From the NCBI RefSeq assembly GCF_009834535.1, contig NC_045697.1, forward strand, positions 92,010,001 to 92,074,000: a stretch of 64,000 nt of DNA, in the 5' to 3' direction. The DNA is from Camelus ferus. Taxonomy: Eukaryota. Position numbers and translations under genes: made by a program. The notes under the pieces were generated by a model, which was not told the origin of the DNA, ran no database searches, and saw nothing but the letters and a program-made list of their open reading frames with translations. This document shows, in pieces, positions 13,693 to 27,009 of the stretch. Each line of letters begins with the position of its first letter. Position 1 is the stretch's first letter.

Positions 13693-15154
13693 AACAAGGA
13701 TCCTGAACTCAAACAGCTTCAGAGGACAGGTAAGGTAAGAGAACGACACAAGCTTAGAGTAAAAAATATTTCTCAGAGAGAAACAATTGGGTGTTCTAGT
13801 ATATATAGCTCTCTAACGCACGTACTCAAGCTTCATTGAGAACTGAAGACTTAAGTTATCAACTTAAAACACTTGCTTTCAATTTAGGTCAGTGCATTCA
13901 TGCTTTCCCTAATAATTAAAAAAAAAAAGGTGGATATAAGTTACACTTGAATAACTAAAAGACCTTGTAGACAATTTTTGCATTAATGGAGACTGCTCAA
14001 AAATTAAAGCCAAACCTTCTTCTTTTATTGATTGATAATCCTGGTATATATAGATCTGAATCTATGTTCAGCTCTAGATAAGTTTACATAGTAATTGTTA
14101 CTATGGAGACTTTCTGACTTACTGTAGTCTGATTTTTTGATATTTCAGAAGATGTCAAGAGTTTGAATTTTCAAATAAAATTTCAATATTAAATTTTAGC
14201 CCACATGTACTAGGGAACAGGCTACACTATAATGTCCCTATCACTCCTAACACTTAAACATTTAGTATATGCTTGTCGCTGAGCATTTTTAAGTCTGGAG
14301 AAATATGGTAACTTGTTACATGTTAACTAGATTAGAAATATTTTCTGATAAAATATCCTTTCATATGAAAGCTGAAAGATATAAACTTGCTGAATATTCT
14401 GTACTGGGGTATTTTAGATGTTAATTAGGTAACTTACAGGGCAATTAGTGAGTAAATGGAAGAAAAGTTCTCCACACCTCCCAATCCATTATATATTGCC
14501 ATCATCATACTAATGTGTCATAATTTATCCCTGCAGTTAGTCCCAAGTGTACATTATTCATGGATTCATTATGGTATTTTTATTCTTCTTATAATCACAT
14601 TTTGAAAAAAAAAACATGGAATTTAATCAATGAGTATCAAAATTCCTACTCAAATAATCATCAAAGCACCATGAAAACCAATATGATGGAGCTAGCATTT
14701 TTATTCCATTTTCAATAAGATAACTAACGTCAGCCAGTGATTACTAAAGTTTTAAATACATTTTTAAAAAATAGCCTTGATGGAGATACAGAGTTGCTTT
14801 AGAAGTATTTTTTTATATTTTCTTTATAAGTGCTAATATGAAAATTACTGAAAGCAGCCAGTTGACGCTCACTTATCAATTTCTCTTTATGCTTTGCTGA
14901 AAGCTAAAAAATTTTGTGTGTAGCATTTCATCTGCCTGTATTGCTCAGGAGGTATTTGAATGGAATAGATGAGGTATAGTTGGAAATAGTTTTTAAAATT
15001 ATTTTCATAGTAGTTAGCATTTTTGTGTGTATAATTTTATATATCTTATATATCACAAGATTGCAAAATCAAAAGGAAGGATTTTTTTGTTTGATTCTGA
15101 AGTCAACTTTTAAAATTTAATATTTGAACTTTTTGTCATGAAAATTTTATATCT

Positions 15155-17370
15155 AGACCAGTTTTCAACTCTGACATGTATAGAGCTTGGAAATTGTCCC
15201 TCCTGCCCTTGTAACAACAAAAGTGTTGAACAAACTGAAAATCAGTCACTTTCTTGGACCCACAAGAGAATTGAGTCTTTAGGGCACCCCATCACCCTGA
15301 AATCTTGGACAGAGTTCAAGCTGAGATTAGATTATCTGAGCAGAAGACACTGGAGCCATAATGTGACAGGAACACTTAAATGACAATTTTGACAGATTTT
15401 TGGAGGCTACCTATTGATTAACATGACAGTGGGAGACTCCTGAGAGCCAAAATTATGGAGCCACACTTTTGGAGCTTTACCTGGTTCCCATAGTGATAAT
15501 CTGAGAAAGAGCTTCTCTTGTCTCTGGCAGAGGGGTAAGGAGTACTCACTGTGTTTTCTCTCCATAGTAAAAAGCCTTCTCCATGACAAAGATATACTTT
15601 TCAGGAGGAAGGACTTTACCACAGTCTAGATGAAGGAAAAACAACCTCCAATCAATAATTCTATATCCAATGACATGATCCTTCAAAATAAGGGAGAAAT
15701 AAAGTCTTTCTTAGACAAACAAAAACTGAGGTAACTTATTACCAGCAGATCTGCCCTGCAAGAATTGTTAAAAGATGTTCTTTGGGCAGAAGGGAAATGA
15801 TATTAGAAACATGGCCCTATAAAAAGAAAAGAGCACCAGAGAAAAAATAAGTTAAGGTAAAATAAATAATGTATTTTTCTTGTTCTAAATTGATCTAAAA
15901 GATAACTGTTCAAAGCAGTAATAGCAATAATGTACTGGAGGATTTTAGCATGTGGAAAAATGAAATAAATGACAGTAATGTCATAAGGGATAGGAGAGAG
16001 GAAATGAGTGTACTCTGTTACAAAGAACCTGTACTCACATGAAGTGGAATTAGTGTTATTTGAAGGTGGACTTAGATAAGTTAAACATGTATATTGTAAA
16101 CTCTGGAACAACCACTAAAAGTTTTTTTTTTAAGAATTATAATTGATCCACTAAGAGAGGAGATAAAATGGAATCATCTAAAATACTCAAGACCAAAGGA
16201 GGCAGAAAAAGAAGACTCAGATAGTGAGTAGACCACAGTCGCAAACATGGTTTATATTAATCCAAGTATATCAGTAATCACTTTAAGTGATTGGTCTAAA
16301 CACACTAATTAAAAGGCAGAGATTATCAGAATAGATTAAAAAAATAAAACCCAAGTATATGTTGACCAGAAATCTGGTTTAAATATGAAGACTTTAATCA
16401 GTTAAAAGTAAAGGGATGGAGAAAGATGTACCATGCTAACTCTAATAAAAACAAAAGCTGGAGTAGCTATATTAGCTTTAGACAAAGTAGACTTCAGAAC
16501 AACAAAAATTATCAAGGATAGAGATGGGTTCTACATAATGATAAAGGGATTAATTTCTCAAGAAGACTAAACAATCCTAAACATGTATGTGCCTGACAAC
16601 AAAGAATCAAAATATGTGAGGCAAAAACTATTAGAACTGAAAGGAGAAATGGACAAATTCCCTCTTATAATTGGTGACTTCAACATCCCCTGACAGTAAT
16701 TGGTAGGTCAAGCAGGCAGAAACTCAGTAAGAATGTAGTTGACTTGAAAAACATTGTCAACTTGATGTAATCAATATTTATAGACTACTCCATACAACAA
16801 CATCAGAATGCATGTTCTTCTCAAGCTCATATGGAACATTCACCAAAATAGACCACATTCTGGGTCATAAAACACATTCCTTAAATTTTAAAGAATAGAA
16901 ATCATACATGGTATGTTCTAAGAGCACAATAGAATTAAACTAGAAATCAGAAACAGAAAGGTCGCACACTTAAGCATCCAGGTTTGGGTTTCTAATACAT
17001 TGTTCAAATGAAAAGAAACAAGTCTTCTTGGGGAAATGGCTGACTTTAGGACTGAGAAAGAATAGTCAAGATAAGCCCGGAGCATCTTGCAGTGATAGAA
17101 AGTAAGGAAGTGCTAAAACAATACCTCCACCACAATGATGGGATATGGCAAAGGGACACAGGAGCCAACTGAAAGAGCTCCTAATGGCCAAGGCAGGAAC
17201 AATTTGATAAAATAAGTAAAGTAGTACTGGATTGTAACTCAAAGTATAAAATAAATATCCACGAGGCTGTAGTGACAAAAATAAATAACTGAAAAAGTAA
17301 ACTAATGGAGAATGGACAAATCTTCCTTGTAGATAATTCCAAATAATTTGTGTATATACTTAACCCTTCA
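15155..17370 (+). mobile_element. L1MC/MD-type mosaic: 5' end, ORF1 tail, ORF2 endonuclease, 3' UTR
   Basis: 5' end near 15155. ORF1 tail (tccttcaaaataagggagaaataaag). APE endonuclease region including ggtgacttcaac (GDFN) near 16673 and atagaccacattctgggtcataaaac (IDHILGHK). L1MC-type 3' UTR from about 16965. Confidence 0.85.
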
Positions 17371-17429
17371 GTATAACTGGTAGTTTCACTTAAAAATTGC
17401 ACTTAAACTCCTAATTACCAGTACAGATT

Positions 17430-17860
17430 TCACTTTCCTATCTTCCTCTGCCTGAAATCCTTTAGTCTGGACCCTGTCTCCAACCAAACTATACACCTCT
17501 GCATTCATCAAGGGCTGACAGGCAGGGTGGTTGCCTGACGCTAGGCTGGGGATGAGAATTTGAATGTCTGATTGATCCTTATATAGTCATTAAAAAAAAA
17601 AATTTAAAAATCCTCCCTGTTTTCAGTTCCAACCTCAACACTGCCTTGAGCCCATAAGGACTATAATCCTACATCTTTCTAGAGTTCTGTGATGACAAGT
17701 GGGATTTCTCCTCATTTGCCTTTCCACTCACATTTATATATGATTTTCCTTCTTTCTAGTCATACTTTCTTCCACTTATAGTCATGTGTTGTGATTCAGG
17801 GTCACAGATGCCGCCTGTTTTTACCAATGATAGAGTTTTTCTTTCTGTTTTATTCTTACT
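17430..17860 (-). mobile_element. HAL1/L1ME-type 5' fragment
   Basis: aatcctccctgttttcagttccaacctcaacactgccttgag and flanks resemble antisense HAL1. Confidence 0.5.
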
Positions 17861-18544
17861 GTTTTAGATGTGACTTTTGAGAAAAGGGTACATAAATATC
17901 TTTACTTTGTTATCTTCAAACTGAAAGTCCACAGTTGGCTTCTTCAGGGTCATTGTTATTTGATGACTTATCTCTTTTGACAACCTCCAAAAGCAGGTTG
18001 ACTGGCCTGATAGCATTCTACTACAACATTCATCAATAATGAAAATTATCTTCCCAGCGAAGACAATCATTTTGTGATATTTTCAAAGTATTTACATATC
18101 CTTAAGGAAAATATGAAGTATTTTACATCTTGCAAATTCTGCTGTCCAGTGAACACACTGTGTAATTTGTTTTAATCCCCTAAGTGTTTGAGTAGAGCAT
18201 GGTTCTCCTCTAAAATAAACAGATCTCTGCATAAGTTAAAGGGAAATGTGGACCTAGAGTTAGGTGATAATATAAAAAGTTTAAAATGAAGTCAACAATA
18301 GGTCAAAATTTACTCCAGGGCATATGAGAGAGAGTGAATCATAGAGGTTTCCATCTAAATCTATGCTTTTCTTAATTAACTTGAAAAACAAAAACTGAAT
18401 TAGATAAAAGGCATTCAAATACACCTGAATAAGTATACAGTCATCAACATTAATGATGTTCCTGCCTTGTTATTACATGTGAATTATAATTCTTACTAAA
18501 ATAGAGTCTTTCCTTCTTTCCTTTCTTTCCTCTGCTCTTCCTGC

Positions 18545-18680
18545 CTATATTCATTCATCATGTATTTATTGCCTGTTATTTTCCAGGCACTGTTCTTTGT
18601 TCTGGCAGTCTATCAGTGAATAACATAGATGAAATAATTGGCTTCATGTTGCCTATGTTCAAGAAGGGAGAATAACAATT
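18545..18680 (-). mobile_element. L2 3' end
   Basis: ttcattcatcatgtatttattgcc...ccaggcactgttct. Confidence 0.65.
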
Positions 18681-18840
18681 GTTAACTCTTATGTACTATT
18701 TACTGTGAGTCAGCTACGGTTCCTTGTTCTTCATTTACACCAACCTAAGGTTTTGAAATCTTCATTTTCATTTATATCATTATTTCAAGCTGCCAGTAAT
18801 CTTTTATATGGATATATGTCCAACTCTTAAAGAATGTGTT

Positions 18841-19001
18841 GGGGGGAGGGTATAGCTCAATGGTAGAGTGTGTGCTTAGCATGCATGAGGTCCTGGGTTC
18901 AATCCCCATCGCCTCCGTTAAAAGTAAATTAAAAAAACAAACTACCTCCACCTCCAAAAAATAAAATAAATAAATAAAATTTAAAAACAAAACAAAAACA
19001 C
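18841..19001 (+). mobile_element. tRNA-Ala-derived camelid SINE (vic-1 type)
   Basis: tRNA-Ala(AGC)-like head with A box (tagctcaatgg) and B box (ggttcaatccc), A-rich tail. TSD aaagaatgtg(t/c)t at 18829-18840 and 19002-19013 (11/12 match). TT/AAAG L1-endonuclease-type site. Confidence 0.92.
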
Positions 19002-19089
19002 AAAGAATGTGCTTAATAAAATTTAAAGGGCTTTAGCTTTATATAAATCCTTAAGCTAAATCTTTGTTGTTGAATATTTTTTTCTATCA

Positions 19090-19340
19090 TAAACAAAATT
19101 GGAGGGAAAATGCCTGGTTTTCCATTGTTAGGATAAATTCTTAGAAGTAGAATTGTTGGAAAAAGAGTAACTTTTTAAAAGATCTACATACGTATTGCCA
19201 AATTATCCTCCAGTAAGGTTTTATTTACCAATGATATACACATATTCCTATATTCTCATAGTCAATTAATCCCAGACATTAATGTTCTTTTTAATCTCTG
19301 CCAATCTGAGAGAAAATATAGTACCTCAGGATATGAATTA
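19090..19340 (-). mobile_element. L1ME 3' UTR fragment
   Basis: taggataaattcttagaagtagaattgttgg...tattgccaaattatcctcca...tgccaatctga. Confidence 0.65.
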
Positions 19341-20173
19341 TTTTCATTGGTTTTTCTTGCTAACCAAATATTAACATTTATTGTGGCTTTGCTTTGAGAG
19401 ATTTATTTTTCACTTATTACCTTGATTCAGTTTTATTTTTTGAGAATTTGTTTATTTTTGCTTGCTTTCTATTATTATTGGAATTTCTTCTCACCTATAT
19501 AAGCTTACTCTATTTTCTTTTTAAAGGGAGATACAAAAATTTGTAAGGAAGACTTTTGTTGTTGTTGTTGCTGTTTAGAATTGTATAAAACTAAAGCTAA
19601 CTATTACTTTATCACTTCCTGAAACCTAAATTTTGTCAGATATTTATGTGACCAAAATGACAATATATTATCAATGTTAGTCACCTTATTAGAACATTTC
19701 CATGTCAAATTTATTTACTTTACCACTGATTAGTGAATGAGATTCAAAAACACCAGATTCATTATTCCGTAAATAATACAGTTGCCTTGTATAAACTTTT
19801 TTTTTTACCTAATTGGAGAACATTTGAAATTAATTAGTTAATTAATAATGAGAATGATTAATGGACCTGTGCCAAATATGTTCATAAAATAATTGTTTTT
19901 CCTTGTACTCCCATTCACTTAGAATCATTTATTTCTGGTTTTATCTATTGTGTCAAAATAGGTCGAAAAATCTCCCAATTTCCTTTATGAAATTAATAGC
20001 TACATAACATTTCATGTCATTCCTAAACACATTACTAAATATCTTGTGGATTGTTTAAAAACATGGAGACATTATGATAGACTCTCAAATGATAGTAATA
20101 ATAATAGCAATAAGTAAACTTAAAACATGCCCTTTTTCCAAACAAAAACAATCCAAAAAAACCCCCAAGTTAC

Positions 20174-20283
20174 CTTAAATTTCTAGAAACAGTCCACTTG
20201 CTGAGTGAGGCACCTCAGTATGCTATCTAATAGGTTTTTATTTTTATTAAACAATCCTAAACTCTCTGCCTCTGTCTTAGTAT
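20174..20283 (-). other. Candidate non-coding exon (110 nt)
   Basis: Minus-strand acceptor cttcactttgctttctttctctccaag| and donor AAG|gtaact, outside recognisable repeats. All three frames contain stops. Confidence 0.35.
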
Positions 20284-22066
20284 CTTGGAGAGAAAGAAAG
20301 CAAAGTGAAGTACAGCAAAGCCATGTACCCAGGGTTCTTTGAAAGTCTGCCCTCCCACCCACTGCCTTTTTTCCCATTAGAACTGTGGTGGCCCTTTAAG
20401 AGGCACCATTTAAACTCAAGAGTTCTGCCTCCCCCTGTGAGACTCTCAATACTCATTCACCTTTTGTGTGCATACCTCTGGCAGATGCACAGTTTTCAAG
20501 ATGAATAGTAGCCATTGTAGGACCAGTCACTACCTGTCTTTATCCAATATGAAGTCATCTAATGGACTTAGCTCTTCAGCCACCCAGAGACCTGGCTTCA
20601 CCTGCTCTGCCCTGGCTGCCTTTTAGTTAGTATCTTTGAAGCTTCCTGGAAAGCCACATCTTATTCAGGGTAAAACACTGAATAAAGCCAATCTGTCCTT
20701 AATCAGTGGTGTATCTTTAACAGAAAATTTTCATTCTTTTAGGCATTTCTTTCTTCTCCTAAAGTGAGTAAAATTTGTGACAAGGAAGAAAATTAGTAGC
20801 ACCTGGAAAAGTCTGTTGATGTCACTTAGAATCACAGAATAACAAAATTTTTATATCTTGATGGCTAATTTGCTTCTTCATGGTTTGACGTGACTTCACA
20901 ATTAAGTCATAACTTGTCAGCCTACATTTCCACGTGATCTTTGATTTTAACAGCTACGTGCTATTGTGCACTAAAAGAGTAGTTTACATCTCTCACCAAC
21001 TGAAAACTAAGGACAGGAAGAGTTATTTAAAGATAGTATTTATTTGGTTATTGGAGATTATTACCATGTTTAAATACATAGAGGGGGATGTTTTAATCTA
21101 GTCATCTAGAAACAAAATATCTTTAATGGGATAGCTGAATATTGCAGTGATATTTGTAATATTGTTATGGCTTCTCTGTAAGAAAAGAAAATCCCTGCTC
21201 TATTGCATTCAATTGGACAGAATTATCATGTCTCATAAAACTGTCAAGTTAATCTGAATCATAGATGTTTGACAGGCAAATAAAGATGAAAATCATTGTT
21301 CCAAAAATTGGGGATTATAGATCTCCTACAGAAATATACATGTTCAGTTTAATAGTGATAATCCTTCAATTTAGATGAGCAGCATTATCTGCCTTGATAA
21401 TATTTTTTAATATCAAGGACAAGATTTTATCTTCCACATCAAAAATACTTTGAGAAATTACTACTTGGGGACCCTATGCACACTGTAAAAGTAAAAGTAA
21501 TGATCTAACAGGTTTCTTTCTTCTTAGAGATATGAAAGTGGAATTAGAAAGTATGCATTTATAGGTTAAAAATAATCTCTTGAAGCTTATTTTCAATCAA
21601 ATTTTATAACAAATTCCAACAACTTTGTCTCTCTTAAGGGAATTCATCACTATGGTTATTTCTCCACTAAACCTGTTCTTTTAAATCTCAAAAAAATGGA
21701 AGAATGATTCACTACCTTAAGAATGTTTACTGAAGGTGTTTTAGGAAATCTTGACCTTTAAGTGCAGCTTTTATGTGCAGGCCTTGTGACTATTTCACTT
21801 CATACATAACAAGAAAAAATGCAAAGAAAAGTAATGAACAAATTTAATCAAGTATGCTACACCGTTATTTTAATCAGATTTTCTAATAGCTTTAGTTTTT
21901 ATATTTTGAATATAAAATTAAATTGTTTTGTATAGAATGTAATAAGAAAGATCCAGTGTGGGGTCTTATTTCAATGAGGATTAGAATTGCTGAGCCTCTT
22001 TTTTCTTTTTTTTTTTTTAAAGAGATTGTTCATTTTTATTTATTCAGCTTAAGGCTAGAACTTCCT

Positions 22067-22120
22067 GGAAGGAAGGAAGAAAGGTAGGAAGGAAGGGAGG
22101 GAGGGAGGGAAGGAGGGAGA
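22067..22120. repeat. (GGAA)n/(GGGA)n simple repeat
   Basis: Read directly. Confidence 0.85.
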
Positions 22121-22644
22121 TCTTTATTCATGTGCTTAGCCAACTTCTATTGCAGGAGTCTATGTGCCACATTTTGTGCTTGAAATCATTCCATATGTGT
22201 AAGGTTGTATAGCTAATAATAGGCAGAGCAAGATCCAAAGCACATTCTCCTTACATTACTACCCTGCTTAACTGGAAGCATTAAAAGTTGTCTAGAAATC
22301 ATATGTCAACAACAGGGAATGGTCAACAAGAACCATAAAAATATTGGGATGACAAAGATAAAGTGCCATGGGAAATGGGCAGAATGATACACTTATTCTA
22401 CATCTTTTTTTCTTTTTAATAAGAACACTGTATAGTTAAAAAAAACAATTTGTAGTTGCCTTAAGCAATAACTGCAAATATCCATTAATATATTTAATGA
22501 AAGATATTATGTTCTTTAATAGAAATGTTGTCATGTTAATATTTTTATCTGAGTTAGTTTAAGGGAATGAATCAAGCACATGGTCTCTGAACCTGTCAAA
22601 TTCCAAAATTTTGGAGGCATAGTTTAATCAATGCAGCAATTTTT

Positions 22645-24240
22645 AAAAATTTTATATTATTGTGATAAGAATACCTAAAATGGGATTCAACCTCCTAAGA
22701 CATTTTTAGGTATACAAAACAGTATTTTTAACTATAGGCATGATGCTGTGCAACAGATCTTTAGAACTTACTCATCTTGCATAATTGAGACTTTATATGC
22801 TTGATTAGCAGCTCCTCATTTTCCACTTCCTCCAGCCCTAGGCATCTACCACTCTACTCTCTGATTCTATAAGTTTGACTCTTTTAGATAATTCATATAA
22901 GTGAAGTTATACAGTATTTATCCTTCTGTGACTGACTTATTTCACTTAGCATAATGACTTCAAGGTTCATTCACGTTGTTGCATATTTCAGAATTTCCTT
23001 CTTTTTAAAGGATGAATAATATCACATTATATATATATAATATATATTATATATATATGGCACATTTTCTTCATCCATTCATCTATAGGTAGACACTTAT
23101 ATTGTTTCCATACCTTGGTGATTGTGAATAGTGTGCAATGAACACCGGAGTGCAGATATCTTTTTGAGATCCTGATTTCAGTTATTTTGGATATATACTC
23201 AGAAGTGGGATTGTGGATTGTAGGATCGTTTGATAGTTCTATTTTCAATTTTTGAGAAACTTCCACACTGTTTAACATCGTAGCTGCACCATTTTACATT
23301 CCCAGCAATAGTGTTACAAGGATTCCAATTTCTCTACGTCCTCCCTAAAACTGGTTCTGTCTCTCTCTCTCTTCATTTTAGATAATAGCCATCCTAACAC
23401 CTGTGTGACAATATCTCATTGTGGTTCTGATATGCATTTTTCTGATAATTGGTGACATTGAGCGTGTTTTCTTATACTGGTTGTCCATTTGTATGTCTTC
23501 ACTGGAGACACGTCTGTTCAAATCTTTAGCTCATTTCTTAACCAGGTTATTTTTGTTTTGTTTTGTTTGTTTTTTGGTAGTGAGTAGTAGTGGTTCTACA
23601 TATATTTTGAATAGTATCCCTTTATATATATGATTTGCAATTATTTTTCTATCATTCCACAGCTTGACTTTTTTACTCTCTTATTTTCTTTGCCTTCACA
23701 GAAGGATTTTACTTTGATGTAGTTCTACTTGTCTATTTTTGCTTTCTTTACCTGTGCTTTTGGTGTCATATTCATGAAATCATTGCTAAGACCAATGTCA
23801 TGAAGACGTTCCCCCATGTGTACTTCTAGGAGTTCTATAGTTTGAGATCTTAAATTTAAGTATTAAATCTGTGTTGTATTGAATTTGTATATGATATATG
23901 ATAAACATCCAATTATATTATTTTTGCATGTAAATATCAACTTTTCTCAAGATCATTTGTTGAAAAGACTGTCATTTCCCTGTTGTGTATCCTTGGCACT
24001 CTTGTTTAAGATCAGTTTATTGTACATGTGTGGGCTTATTTCTGAGCTTTCTATTCTGTTTCATATGTCTGTTTTTATGATGATACCATACTGTTTTGAT
24101 TACTGTAGCTTTGTAAACTATTTTGAAATCAAGAAGTGTGAGGTCTCCAGCTTTTCTCTTCTTTTTCAAGATTGTTTTGGCTATTTAGGACCTTATGTGG
24201 TTTCATGTGAATTTTATTGTTGTTTTTTCTATTTCTGTAT
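22645..24240 (-). mobile_element. L1MA9-like 3' end (ORF2 C-terminus and 3' UTR), 5'-truncated
   Basis: Begins ttattgtgataagaatacctaaaatgggattcaacctcctaagacattttt...cagatctttagaacttactcatcttgcataa. Continuous antisense L1 to about 24240, with an internal TA-rich expansion near 23028-23058. Confidence 0.88.
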
Positions 24241-24384
24241 TTTAATTGTAAAATATATATTTAAAATGCAATAACATATTCAGATATCATATCTTTTAAA
24301 AAGTATTAAAAGCTTACCAAACATTATTTTAGAAACTATTCTTAAAATAATATAAACATTCATTGTTTTATCCTTTTATAGTTT

Positions 24385-24570
24385 TGATGACTGCTCTTAA
24401 GGACGTAGTCTCATTTGAATCACACAAACATGTTTGATGGAGCTAGCAGGTATCATTACACCTATTTTTTAGATTGTAAATATGACTCAGAAAGTTAAAA
24501 AAATTATTTTCAATGTCACACAGCTAGTAATTAATGGATCCAGGCTAGAAACAGGTTTATTGACTCTTAG
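24385..24570 (-). mobile_element. MIR SINE
   Basis: tctcatttgaatcacacaaac...gcaggtatcattacacctattttt...gtcacacagctagta. Confidence 0.7.
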
Positions 24571-24702
24571 AGATCTTTTTAAAGAGATATTTCCACAGGC
24601 ACTTCCCTATATATTTATTTTGAGAGTACAGATAAGCTTGGTTCTATAAGGATAATATTTGTAATGCTATAGATCTTGATCTATAAGAAGCTATCTTAAG
24701 AA

Positions 24703-24970
24703 ATTCAATTCAGCATTATTTGGAGATTGCCTGCTATGTGCCTGGCATTTTGCTGTTTCTGGATAAACACATATAGGTGAAGCATTAGCCCTGATCTCAA
24801 GAAGCACATGGTAGTAGAGACAGGTGAATACATGATATAATATGATGTAGAAAGATACTCAGTAATTAAGGAGTATACAAGAAACTCAGAAGAGGGAGGA
24901 GTCTTCAACTCTCTTTGGATTGAGCTGGCTTCATGGAGGATAGAACATCTGAAGTGGAATTTGAAGAACC
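24703..24970 (-). mobile_element. L2 3' end
   Basis: attcaattcagcattatttggagattgcctgctatgtgcctggca...gccctgatctcaagaagc. Confidence 0.7.
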
Positions 24971-24979
24971 TCACTTCCC

Positions 24980-25580
24980 ATTACACATAATATGAAAACA
25001 GCAAGTTGTCCAGCTTAATTAAATGAAAACCAAGTCAAATTCAGCTAGCAAACATTTTTTCCCTCTAATTTTCATTCCAAACAGTTCCTTCCTTTATATT
25101 CACTATATTTGTTGGTAATAAACTGGTCACCCATTATCTAAAAGAGAAATCAGCCCTACAGACTCTTTCTGACACATTCTTACATAAGTACACTTTGTTC
25201 TTTCCTGTGGTCATATCATCTCTCAGCCAAACCATTGAAAAGGTCTTTTGACTGGTCTCCTATATACTACCTCCAGAATAATCTTCCTAAAATGCAAATC
25301 TGGTCTGTCACTATGTGGCCAGAAACACTTCAATGATTTCTTGGGCTTCTTGGATAAATGCCAAGTTGGTCTTTATAGTAAATCAATAAATTTTTCTTAA
25401 TGTGTAGATTTAGAAAGTGTTTAGTTACTGGGGAGTAGCAAGTGAGATGCAGATTTGTGGGAGTACACTGGCATTTAAATTATTAGAGTAGGACCTTGTC
25501 AGCCTTGCTCAGCTCACCCCATCCCTACCACCAAACACAGGCAAGGCACTCGATATTTATTTATTAAATATGTCAATGTA
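24980..25580 (+). mobile_element. L2 fragments
   Basis: ccagaataatcttcctaaaatgcaaatctgg, and a 3' end ggcactcgatatttatttattaaat. Confidence 0.6.
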
Positions 25581-25739
25581 CTTATACAAATATGATTAAT
25601 ATGCTAGTATTTATAAATAATATATAATAATTAGAAACTCCTTTTTATTGAGTGTAAGTCATCATGTTAGTTGCTTCACATTAGCATTTTCAATACCTTT
25701 AAATATTTGCATTGTCTTTAATCCATACATTTATATTAG

Positions 25740-25910
25740 CCTTAATCTCTGGAATGTTGTCAGAGGATATTATGGTCTCTATTTTATGAGTGCAATAACT
25801 GAGACTTAGAAAGGTTAAAAAACTTGCCCAATGCCATGTAGCTGATGAGTGGCAGAACTGAGATTCAAAACGAGGTCTACTTGACTCTAAAATCTGTACT
25901 GTTTTCTTTA
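25740..25910 (-). mobile_element. MIR SINE
   Basis: aactgagacttagaaaggttaaaaaacttgcccaa...agtggcagaactgagattcaaa. Confidence 0.8.
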
Positions 25911-26619
25911 CAACAGTCTGCCTGTTTTTTTCTATCTCTTAAATGTCCCATCTGTCTACCCATATTTATTAAGGTAGCAAATGGTCTTATTTATAAAATT
26001 TATCATCCTTATTGCAGAGGAAGTTTTCTGTGTACATATTATTCTCTCCTCCCCTACTTCCCATCCTGAATATATTGGGGCTTTTATTTTAAATGACTGA
26101 AAAGATTTTCAAAGGCTTTAGGGAGAAGTGGTAGATTTGGTCACAGTTGTTCTGACTGTACATAACTATTTTAGCTACAAGGATTTTCTAATTGAAATAA
26201 TCATGCAAGCTCTTATAGAAATTGTCTCCTCAGAGAATTTACTGTATTTACAGTGATTGTATTTTCATAAGTTTTTTAACAGATTAGGAATTTATCTCCA
26301 CTGAGCATGATGGATTAACTCCATTAGCTTATAATTTTGTATTGGTACACATTAGAAATGTACCTATGCTTGTAATGAATCCTCCCAGTGTTAGATCAAA
26401 TTCTAACAACACTATATAAACAGAAACTAAAGGGCTGATAGTTTTTCCAGAGAAAAGTTAGGATGTGAACAGGCTGCTCATCATAAACAACTGGGAAATC
26501 ACATTTTAGTAGTAGGAGTCTTATTACTGTTTTTGTTTTCTATTATTTATTGTTTTGTCTTTTGTTTTAAATTTACATTTTATAACTTTGAGTCTTTATC
26601 TTTTAAAAATTGCCTTTTG

Positions 26620-27000
26620 ATTTTTAGCATGTAAGAAGCGTGGAAGTCACTACTCCATCTTAACAAGTAAAGAGCTGAATAAACTGAAAAATCAACACTT
26701 TCCTTAAAGAAAAGTCTTTAAGACGTTTTTTGCTCTTCTTAAAGAGAAGTGAGGTTAACAAGGCAAACTGCTGTTCCCCAAATTGAAGAAACAGACAGGA
26801 AAAGACAGAGAAGCACAACTTGCTGAAGCAGAAACCCATGAAACTTCCATGGGGACCAGAGTTGGGTCAGGAAAACCTAAACTGTAATTGACAAGTGGTT
26901 AAAGGCTCAGTGTTGACGAGTCTGAGAGTTAAAACTCTAGGGGACCTAGTCAGAGAGAAGCTCCACATTTTTGCGAGTTTTACCTCTAGGAGCTTAGCCT
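26620..27000 (+). mobile_element. L1MC/MD-type 5' end fragment
   Basis: catgtaagaagcgtggaagtc...aagagctgaataaactgaaaaatcaacactt is visibly homologous to the L1 5' end at about 15170-15260. Confidence 0.65.
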
Positions 27001-27009
27001 GATTCAATA

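Noticed and set aside
17864..18070. Minus-strand 68-aa ORF as an exon or transposase piece
   Set aside because: No motif or splice sites that I can support.
18841..18917. tRNA-Ala(AGC) gene
   Set aside because: It has an A-rich tail and TSD, and a second dispersed copy is at 32653, so it is a SINE head.
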